In this document: positions 9,437-18,200 of the stretch, in pieces
Layout of the letters: every line of letters starts with the position of its first letter
Numbering within the stretch: position 1 is the first letter of the stretch
NCBI GenBank assembly: GCA_964510435.1
Contig: CAZEBU010000001.1
Location: 234,503 to 298,502, forward strand
Direction of reading: 5' to 3'
DNA: 64,000 nt
Source of the DNA: an uncultured Candidatus Saccharibacteria bacterium
GTDB taxonomy: Bacteria; Patescibacteriota; WWE3; UBA101185; UBA10185
Position numbers and translations under genes: made by a program
Notes under the pieces: generated by a model
Databases searched by the model: none
What the model was told of the DNA's origin: nothing
The model's input: only the letters and a program-made list of their open reading frames with translations

Positions 9437-9907
9437 ATGAACACATTAAAGAAAAGTCTAATAATAGTATTTTTAATAACCGCTTCTTTGTTTGTGCTTA
9501 GTGATACAAATAAAGTGTACGCGCAATTTGGCGACTGCGATTTAGCTGGGGATACACAATTAGGTGTAACTGTTCCTAAACCCTCACAATTATTGTGCCC
9601 CTTCTACAGAATTATAAATTTCTTTTTCATTATTGTGGGCATTGTTTTTGCAGTTATGCTAGGTGTGGGAGCGATCAAGTTAGCCACCTCTTTAGGTGAT
9701 CCAAAGGCATTTCAGGGGGCCAACAGGACCTGGTTATACGCTGTTATTGGCGCGTTTGTGGCTGTGGGAGCGTATGCTGTTTTGAGGATTGTAAATAACG
9801 CGTTTGGTTTAGGTTTGTCTTTGGGAACAGGCCCCAGCAGCATTTATGACAGCATACAGACACAATGGGAAAATTTAATACGTAACACCTTCTTAATTTT
9901 TGAGTAA
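9437..9907 (+). CDS. Small secreted two-helix hairpin protein, VirB2/TrbC-pilin-like (paralog 4 of 4), with extra N- and C-terminal extensions
   Basis: Signal peptide (..TNKVYA|QFG). Core VGAIKLATSLGDPKAFQGANRTWLYAVIGAFVAVGAYAVLRIVNNAFG aligns with paralogs 1–3. Confidence 0.5.
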   Translation: MNTLKKSLIIVFLITASLFVLSDTNKVYAQFGDCDLAGDTQLGVTVPKPSQLLCPFYRIINFFFIIVGIVFAVMLGVGAIKLATSLGDPKAFQGANRTWLYAVIGAFVAVGAYAVLRIVNNAFGLGLSLGTGPSSIYDSIQTQWENLIRNTFLIFE

Positions 9908-9913
9908 ACCATC

Positions 9914-10552
9914 TTAATATGCGTAGTGGGGGGGTATAAAATACTCATCCTCTAAAATATTCCCCCAAAGTTGCATAAATTCATCCGCACTCATGGGTGT
10001 AAAATATGACTCTTGGTAAACAACCTGTGTGGTATCGAAGACGTTAAACCAAACCCCCTCATCCAGGTAAATATGGGCTTTTTCGTAAAAACCGTTTTTA
10101 TCGTATTTAATTATGTCAGGCTCGTCCAACTCCAAACGCTCTTTATAGGAGGAGAAAGGCAAAGCTTCATCATAGGATATAGGAATTCTCACAAACGCAA
10201 CTTTACCGTCTTTATCGACACCAATCTGGTGTTCCCTGACACCTGTCTTCGCGTCTCTGTGTACATAGAGAACCAACCCTTTGAAAGATCTTGAGGTAAG
10301 GAGTTTGCCGAATTTATCTTTGATATTCTCGTAGCTTGTTTTTCCTGGAGTAATACCATTCCAGGTATTTACTCTGTTTTCGGGTTTTACGTTATAGACA
10401 TCTGGAGAACCCAATTCCGGTTTTTCTGATTTAGGAATGCGTATACGTCCAAGGAATAAAATTATAATTCCTGCAACTAACCCAAAAACAAATATGAGAA
10501 AAAGTTTGTTTTCGAAAATAGTTTTTATAATAACCTTTAATTTATTTAGCAT
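9914..10552 (-). CDS. Bitopic membrane protein (N-terminal TM anchor + ~180-aa extracytoplasmic domain); speculative VirB8-like position
   Basis: A single N-terminal TM helix, LFLIFVFGLVAGIIILFLG. Sits 6 nt downstream of the 1075-aa gene on the same strand, so the two are probably co-transcribed. Confidence 0.45.
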   Translation of the reverse strand: MLNKLKVIIKTIFENKLFLIFVFGLVAGIIILFLGRIRIPKSEKPELGSPDVYNVKPENRVNTWNGITPGKTSYENIKDKFGKLLTSRSFKGLVLYVHRDAKTGVREHQIGVDKDGKVAFVRIPISYDEALPFSSYKERLELDEPDIIKYDKNGFYEKAHIYLDEGVWFNVFDTTQVVYQESYFTPMSADEFMQLWGNILEDEYFIPPHYAY

Positions 10553-10558
10553 ATTATT

Positions 10559-13500
10559 TTATGGTCCAAACAAAAAACTACTTGTAGCAAAATTATAATG
10601 TCCTTCGAAACAGGTAGGACAATATGTACCGTAGCTGTGCCAAAATTCGCTGGGAGAGACATTGGTGCATTGACCGCTTAGCACATGGTATTGTCCCACA
10701 GTCTCAGCAAAATCTTCGCTATTATTGTTACTTGTACTGCATTGGTTACCGGTGGGTCCTACGTATGTAGGTAATGTATAGCCGCTGTCATTTGACTGAG
10801 CTGTACCTAGGGCTCCCATGCCGTAGCGCATAGCATAGACATGTCCTGTTTCGTGGGCGAATAACCAATTGAAAAGAAGCTGGTTAGCGGAGTTGTATGT
10901 CCAACAACGGCCATCACCAAACTCTATTCTATTTAAACCTCTAGCCCAACCGCACCCAGCACCTCGATTCCAAGCAATTTCTATAGGACCGGCAGCGCAG
11001 AGTCTATCTACATAGCGACCACGAGTACCTGCTAGGCCGCCAGCGGCAGATTGTATGATGGAAAGTGCTTGTGGACCCTCTCCGGAATCCCACCCCTCAA
11101 GAAATTCAAAACAACCAACTGTACTTATTACTTCGCATTCTTCAGGAGGGCAGACTATGGGAGGGCCTGCAGCAGGACCACCTCCAAAATCCTTTCCAGC
11201 AGCCATTCTTGTGGGATCAACCGGAGTAATGGCTGTGAGAATGAAGATGAAAACTACCATCACTGGTATAACAACTACTAGACCAAAACAACCCATGACA
11301 TATCCCGCCAGTTTGAAAACTGCTTGAGCACTTTTTTCTACATATTTTTCTATAGCATCGAATTTAGCCTCTTTAATGGCTTTAAGCGTTGCAGCTGCAA
11401 AATCCATTGCTTTTTTGATCACATATTGCACTACCTTCTCGATGAGGGGGATCAACACGGTACCTATTCCTGATGTTCCGGCGGCGACAGCCGCACCGAC
11501 AACTTTGGCTAAAACTTTTGATATTGCCTTAGTTGCCATTTTCGACAACCATTTTGAAGCCACATTTCTTGCGTAAGCCACGGGCGCCAGGAATTTAAAA
11601 TATTTAAAGATCTTGCTTTGTATAATGTTGGCTCTCTGAGAAAGTTTATCTAAGATTCCGGCTTTACTTTGTAGGATACTGATAAAGTCTGAGTTTATCT
11701 CAATTTTATCCAAGCCTTTGAACAAGGCTTTGAGTTTCTCAATATTTTCCGGACTGTTTATTAAATACCCATTTGCATCGAATTTCAAACCCAGTTGCTT
11801 GTTGTGCTTCATAAGCCATTTTCTGAGGCTCTTTGCTCTTTGCTTCACGTCCTCTAATTCCTTAAAACCGTCATAATAAGATACTTTGTAAGCGACGCCG
11901 GGTCCGGTTTTGCCGTTAAGTAATTGTATAAAGCTCTTACCAGTCAAATGCAGTGCGTCTGATTTATCCAATGTGGTTCTGTCATTAAGACCAGTTCCAA
12001 GCTGAATATTAAAATTACCTGTAAATTTAAATTTACCCACGCCTTCTATATTGTGGGTTTGCCTATTAGCAAAAAGCCTAGTGCCCATTATTCCGTTGAA
12101 GAATTTTGATGATTTTACAGCGTCGTCACCCGGCACGCCGTCTTCTACGGAGTATCTCGAGTCGTATAATAGTCCAAAATAATGTCTTCTTTTTAGTTTT
12201 TCTTTTAAAAAACGCGCAGGTGTAAAACCATTTAATCGTTCCCTGAAAAGGACCCAAAATTGATCAGCTGCTATGTGCAATAGGCCGTCATTTTCAAGTC
12301 TATCTATGAGATCGTAAAAATCCTCCCTTTTATAGGTTCTTAGAGCCTCCTCCATAACATTGGCTAAGTTCTTAGTACCAACTATTTTGTCGTTACTGAA
12401 TATTACTTTGGTCAATGGGCTATTTAAAAGATGGGTTTCGACAAACTTTCTGTTCATTCGATCGAGGCTTCCCTTGACTTGGCCTTCCCTAGCGTATTTC
12501 TTTTGTAATAAACCAATTTTTCCACTGAGATTTCTAGCTTGGGTCTCACCGGTAATTTTTTCGTCTTTTAGCTTATCTAGATCTTTGAGGAGATTTCTTA
12601 ACGGTTTTGTATCTTTAACAAACTCATCAAGAGTATTACCACCTAATTCTATAAACCAATTATCCATTTCCTCTAAAGCCACATTTATCTTTGTGATATT
12701 CTCAACAACCCTTCCCAAGCGCTTATTTGCATCATCTATTGTGGCCGCACCATAAGTGTAAGCACTCAACTCTTTTGTCAAACCTGCTAATCCATAACCA
12801 ATGCCCTCACCATAAAGTGTTTCACCTGCCTTCTTTTGCGCATCCGTCAGTACACGGTCACTGGCGAATTTATAGGTGTTTATATCGCTACTCGAGATGC
12901 CCTGCAAAGCATTAGCCATTCTAATTGCCCTGGCTCGGTGTAGATAGGATTTGACAATTTCTACCTCTTTAGGATCACTTATATCCCCGCTATCAATCAG
13001 CTGAGTTAGTTCTGCCGAACTAGCTAGCGCCGCGGCGTTAATGAGCTTTCTGTAAGCCTTGTTTCTTGTACCCGAGGCTCGGACGGCTTGCATGTAGCTT
13101 AGGAAGGCACCGCCCGATTTTGCAAAAAGATCGGTTTCTGTTTCCGTAAATTCCTTAGTTTCCTTACCACCTACCTGTTCCTGGTAAAGAAGCCCAACTG
13201 ACACTTTAGCTTTAGGAATATCTAAACCCTTGAGTTGGAATGGCCTAAATTTAGTAGTCGCGCTTTCATCAAGGTGCTCGCCATATACCTTGCTTACGAT
13301 ACCTGGTATTGGTTTAATTTCACCTCCGCTCAGGAGAGGTTTCCACATAGCCGATTGCTCCATATAGGAATCAAAGTCTTTCCAGTTAGCAAAATCCTTT
13401 ACAAATCTATCTACGGTGTCTTTGGCCATTTCACCTGGGTTTCTCAGCCACTTGACAGGATTTATGTCTAATTCAAGCTGTACACCGGCAACATCTTCTT

Positions 13501-13786
13501 CATCACCAAGTTCTAGCGCACGCATAGGGTCGTAAGACACGCCTTTTGGTTTTGTTTGGGCAATTAAAGTTCTTTCCACATCGTCAATAAAGAACTTTTT
13601 AGCTTGATTACCAATGGTTAATTTATCCAGCTCTTTTCTAACCGCAAACAAGTACTTTTCGATCAAAGCATCCGTATTAAATTCGACCATATCAGGGGGT
13701 CTACTATAAGGAGGTCTTTTTCTAGGAATAGGCTTGCCAGGATAGTATCCGCCAAGAAGTTCGTAAAAAGGGTTTGAGTCAGGCAT
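10559..13786 (-). CDS. Large membrane protein: ~730-aa N-terminal domain without signal peptide, two central hydrophobic helices, C-terminal Cys/Gly-rich domain with HExxH zincin-like motif
   Basis: AHETGHVYAM motif in the C-terminal domain. Strongly hydrophobic segment GLVVVIPVMVVFIFILTAITPV. No Walker A motif was found. Confidence 0.5.
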   Translation of the reverse strand: MPDSNPFYELLGGYYPGKPIPRKRPPYSRPPDMVEFNTDALIEKYLFAVRKELDKLTIGNQAKKFFIDDVERTLIAQTKPKGVSYDPMRALELGDEEDVAGVQLELDINPVKWLRNPGEMAKDTVDRFVKDFANWKDFDSYMEQSAMWKPLLSGGEIKPIPGIVSKVYGEHLDESATTKFRPFQLKGLDIPKAKVSVGLLYQEQVGGKETKEFTETETDLFAKSGGAFLSYMQAVRASGTRNKAYRKLINAAALASSAELTQLIDSGDISDPKEVEIVKSYLHRARAIRMANALQGISSSDINTYKFASDRVLTDAQKKAGETLYGEGIGYGLAGLTKELSAYTYGAATIDDANKRLGRVVENITKINVALEEMDNWFIELGGNTLDEFVKDTKPLRNLLKDLDKLKDEKITGETQARNLSGKIGLLQKKYAREGQVKGSLDRMNRKFVETHLLNSPLTKVIFSNDKIVGTKNLANVMEEALRTYKREDFYDLIDRLENDGLLHIAADQFWVLFRERLNGFTPARFLKEKLKRRHYFGLLYDSRYSVEDGVPGDDAVKSSKFFNGIMGTRLFANRQTHNIEGVGKFKFTGNFNIQLGTGLNDRTTLDKSDALHLTGKSFIQLLNGKTGPGVAYKVSYYDGFKELEDVKQRAKSLRKWLMKHNKQLGLKFDANGYLINSPENIEKLKALFKGLDKIEINSDFISILQSKAGILDKLSQRANIIQSKIFKYFKFLAPVAYARNVASKWLSKMATKAISKVLAKVVGAAVAAGTSGIGTVLIPLIEKVVQYVIKKAMDFAAATLKAIKEAKFDAIEKYVEKSAQAVFKLAGYVMGCFGLVVVIPVMVVFIFILTAITPVDPTRMAAGKDFGGGPAAGPPIVCPPEECEVISTVGCFEFLEGWDSGEGPQALSIIQSAAGGLAGTRGRYVDRLCAAGPIEIAWNRGAGCGWARGLNRIEFGDGRCWTYNSANQLLFNWLFAHETGHVYAMRYGMGALGTAQSNDSGYTLPTYVGPTGNQCSTSNNNSEDFAETVGQYHVLSGQCTNVSPSEFWHSYGTYCPTCFEGHYNFATSSFLFGP

Positions 13787-13813
13787 ACGTTTATTTTATA
13801 ATAGATTTATAGT

Positions 13814-15247
13814 ATGAGAAAGGAAACCCTGCTTGATAGAAAAATAGTTCTTAAATTAGCTACATTCTTATTTGTCGGCTTTTTGTTCCTTGGATTATCA
13901 CCAAAAGCGCATGCAGGGGTGTGCGATGAACAACCCCCAAAATTTAGATTTGATATCATGATTGCCTGCAAACTTAAGGAGATTAATCCCCTGGTCTCTA
14001 TTCAGAGAACAATCAACGACGCGGCAACTACCATACTCACTAATGTTTTAGCCTCCATAGTTTTTAATAGTAATCCTGATGATCTGGGGACGTGCGGCGT
14101 TGCTATGTTGGCGGATCGAATAGACACTCTTCCCGGAGTGAATATGACGGACATTACTGATCAAAATGGAGTTTTGTTTAGTGCTGCGGAAGTGCAGGAT
14201 GCTCGTGATGCAGCCCCGGCCATCGGCTGTGATTTTAACGACACCCTTTTCGGGTCAAGGGCTAACGGCAGTTTGATGGGAGTAACTAAATTTGCTTTTA
14301 ACACGGTAACAACAGAGCAGCCTCCGATTAATTTGGCTTATTATTTCAAGCACAATTTGCAGAAGGTACCCATTATCAGTGATACAGCTTATGCACAAAC
14401 AGTGAGCTATAACGCCTGGGGATTGGAATTTGCTATCCAGATTTGGGAAAAATCACGCAACATTGCCTACGCCATGATGTCGGTTATCATGCTTGTCATA
14501 GGCATCCTTATTATTACCAGGAAAAAAATAAACCCCCAGACTGTAGTTTCTGTACAAACGGCTCTACCCAGGATAGTGATCAGCCTTATTCTTATTACTT
14601 TTAGCTATCCTATCGGGGCCATCTTAATATCCATAGGTTACGCCTTGGTAGTCGTTGTTATCAGGTTGTTTTTTGGAACTATTATAGATGATGTATCCCA
14701 GTTGGCGGATATGGATGTGCTGGTAATGATGGTTACTATTATGGCAGCTACTATTGGACCTCAAGGAGTAATAGGAGTAGTGACGGCAATGCTAATGGCT
14801 GTTTTGACCATCATAGCTTTGCTAGTGGCTATTATTAAGATTATAATTATTAATCTAAAGGTTCTTATTGCTATAATTTTTGCACCTATTCAGTTTGCTA
14901 TCGCAGCCATCCCGGGGCAGGAGGACCTGGTGCAGGATTGGTTTAAGAAGATGCTCGCCAAAGTGTTAGCTATTCCTGCCATATTCTTTATGATTGCCCT
15001 AGCTTGGTATATGCTCATTGTGCCCTTTACCAATCCAGATTTCTTTACCAGCATACTCGTACAATCCACTGACCCGATAAGTATTGGATATACCCTGATC
15101 AGAGGAGCAAGGGCGGTTGGTTCCAGAATGATCACTATTATGTTGCTTCCCCTTATGACCATTATGACTATGTTTTTTGCTTTGAAAGCGGATAAAGTAG
15201 TGGAAGAGTTTATTATGGGCGGTAGAGGTAAACCTAAAAGAAGATAG
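13814..15247 (+). CDS. Polytopic membrane protein with signal peptide and N-terminal extracytoplasmic domain, VirB6/TrbL-like architecture
   Basis: Signal peptide followed by a ~200-aa soluble region. At least five long hydrophobic helices in the C-terminal half. Divergent from the 1075-aa gene with only a 27-nt gap. Confidence 0.45.
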   Translation: MRKETLLDRKIVLKLATFLFVGFLFLGLSPKAHAGVCDEQPPKFRFDIMIACKLKEINPLVSIQRTINDAATTILTNVLASIVFNSNPDDLGTCGVAMLADRIDTLPGVNMTDITDQNGVLFSAAEVQDARDAAPAIGCDFNDTLFGSRANGSLMGVTKFAFNTVTTEQPPINLAYYFKHNLQKVPIISDTAYAQTVSYNAWGLEFAIQIWEKSRNIAYAMMSVIMLVIGILIITRKKINPQTVVSVQTALPRIVISLILITFSYPIGAILISIGYALVVVVIRLFFGTIIDDVSQLADMDVLVMMVTIMAATIGPQGVIGVVTAMLMAVLTIIALLVAIIKIIIINLKVLIAIIFAPIQFAIAAIPGQEDLVQDWFKKMLAKVLAIPAIFFMIALAWYMLIVPFTNPDFFTSILVQSTDPISIGYTLIRGARAVGSRMITIMLLPLMTIMTMFFALKADKVVEEFIMGGRGKPKRR

Positions 15248-15259
15248 TTAGATAATTAA

Positions 15260-18200
15260 ATGATATGCGCCGTTATGAAATCCAGCAGATTTACCAAGAT
15301 ATTTACGATCCTCCTAGTTTTATTAGGAGTTTCCCTATTTAACAACGTATTTGCACAAGAAGAATGTGACGAAGACGGTTTTATTGTCAATAGCTATTGT
15401 CCTTGTCCCCCTGATCCTGGTATAGCTTCAGTTTGCGGATTTGTGAGTGACGCGAATATTACCCAGGATCTTCCCGATACGGGTATAGAAAGAGCAATCT
15501 GGTCTACCAGAAAACCTGTACCCGGTGTTACCGTGACCATTTATGAAAATAACCCTGATATACCAACAGGTAAGCCGTATGGGAAGCTAGACAGAAAATT
15601 TGGTGCCTGCTACACCACAGAAGAAGAAGGAAAATATCACTGTTTAATGCGGAGACTTAATCCCGGCAACATGGCCTATGTCATTTTTAGCTGTGACGGA
15701 AAAATAGCGGATATGAAGATTATACCCACTGTGAAAAGTTACATAGGACTAGATTCAGATATAGATTGTAGCGGCGAATATAGTTACAATGCCCTAGATG
15801 ATGAGCTAGACTTTGCTGAGAGAAGTAATTTTTTGGGCTGTTTATCAACATCTGATGAAGAGGAAAATGTTAACGCCGGTTTTGAGGAACCGGAGTACAT
15901 CTACAAAAGTGCTGATATTGGTGAGAAGGGTGGAGATATTAGATTCAACCCTTTCACTGGAGTTTTACCCATTGTTGGTGTGCACAACGGTGCCTTTTGG
16001 GAAAAGGATTGTTTGTTCGAATTCACAGGACCGTTAGATTTAAACAGAGAATACGCTCTATTCGGAGGTTTTTTTGGTTTAGCAAACTATGGAAGTGTGT
16101 CAGAAAAGTGTAATTTGGATCCGGACAGAGATGGTGATGGAGCTATAGACGGCGATGATGGAAATCCCCTCAATGATCCTGATGAACTCACAGTGCCGTT
16201 CAGATATGATATTCCAACATTGCAGTTAGAGCACGAGCAGCAGAGGATTTGGGAGACCAGAACTTCCATGCAACGGGAAATACAGGATCCCAGAGCATTT
16301 CAACAGTACAACCATCTCATGTTTGGTGAATGTGTAGGTAGGGCGTTTCTCAGGTATTTTGGCGATGATGATGAAGACCTGCCTATTTCCTGCAGTGAGC
16401 TGGCGGAGTGTAACGAAGCCTTAGGAGATCCTTTTAGGAATACACACACAGCATTGAGTTTAGGATCACGTCTTGAGTTACAAGTTACTTGGGAGGACAT
16501 CTTAGATGCAAATGAAAGGGATCCGGAGGACATAGTTTGCGAAGATGAAGAATTGGGAGAGATTATGATTTCTGAGGTGCAACCACCATTCCCTGATAAC
16601 CCGTGCGAACCGGGAAGCCCGGGGTGCCCATATAAGTTATCAAGAGATTACTATATGCCGCAGTTTTTTGTTGAGGTTGGTGGTGTAAAAAAACCTAAAA
16701 CAGCAGAAACAGCGAATGACGCATATGGAAGTATCCCTAGGAGTTTAGTATGGGAACCTATAAGTACAGAAGCGGAAACTCCCCATGAATCAGGGCACTA
16801 TGTGAATTATGAGGACAAATCTTCGCAGAGGACAAACTCAGGCAGGACAGCTATCAGATTAGCCTCGAAAAGTAATGCTGATCTCGGGGACGTTATGACT
16901 AACAGGTTCGTGAGTTACATAGACGCTGTAGATGAAACTTATGATTATAATTCGGAATCAACAATTTGGGATGCAGGTGGAGATGTTAAAAGCCTATGTA
17001 CCATTTCTAGTGTTAACGATTTGCTTATAATTCCCGACCTGGCTACAGAAACCACAACTTTGGTGAGCAACGAGTTTGTTGGAGATGAAACGGATCATAA
17101 AGAGGACGAAACGGCGGCCTCGTCAACCTATGGTACAAATTGGGGTATGGCAAGAGACGAAGCTATGTCAAACGATTATTTCTGGCGTGATGTGCTTGAT
17201 ACCTTACAAAGGTACTCAAGTGGTGGCGGTGTGCAGCTAGACTTGATGACCGCTTGGGCAATCGTAAGAAACATTGCCTCACGTGGAGCCGGTAATGTTT
17301 ATAAATCGTTCGCAGAAAGAATAGATAACTGGGCACAAGTAGGCTACCCTTCTTATATGAATACGGAATACTGCATTGCCGAAGATACCTTTGAAGCAGC
17401 CTTCCCAGCTTATGGTACAGGAGGTTATCCTGGCGGACACGCTTGCTATCCTTGGATAGATGTGCCCAGTGGGGAAAATTGTGACGCTTGGCCGGGACCT
17501 CCGGGTGAGTGGCCTCCTACTCCAGAGGTGAGTGCGCTAGGTTATAACGCTGGTTCATGGCCAGGTATAGAGGGAGAGCTAAGAACATGCAGAGCTTTAA
17601 ATTGTGAGATAAGAACAAAAACTCGAACTTGCGATGAGGAAATATGCAGGTGGGTTTGGAATTCACGCGCCGGCGTATTTGTTTGGGTGTGCAGTGGTTG
17701 CGGGGATAATAATGGAGATGGGAACGTGGACTCAAACATTGATGATTCTACGAGAGGCTGTAACGACGGTGAGCTTAGGGCCTGTTTAGTTGAGCAAAGA
17801 GATAACTGGGATGAACAGCCTCCAGATCCCCCTCCACTGGATCCCCCTGATTATGATGATGAAAATAGTAGTATACGCGCTTGTGATTTAGAAAAAGCCG
17901 GACCAATGCAAGAGCCGGGTGATATTTGGAAAGACCACTCTGCTAGGATAGTTCAGCAGCCTTTTTTCGGGCAATCTCAAGAAAATGTTGATACGGTGTC
18001 CTTGACCGCTAACTACACGGCACTTTCCCTAACCAGTAAGGTTGAAGAAAGAAGAGAAAGCCATAAGGTTAGTTTTGTAGATTATGCATCCACAAATGAT
18101 ATCAGCGGAGGGGGACCTGCACAGGCCATAGATCCTGATAGGCTTAGGCACAGGAACACCGCAGGCACAAATTCTCAAGGATTTGGTACCGGGGCGGCAG

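Noticed and set aside
11051-11576. Plus-strand ORFs inside the 1075-aa gene (e.g. 11055..11327 with GGPAAGPP)
   Set aside because: They mirror the Gly/Pro-rich coding region of the minus-strand gene, so the antisense frame stays open. They are not independent genes.
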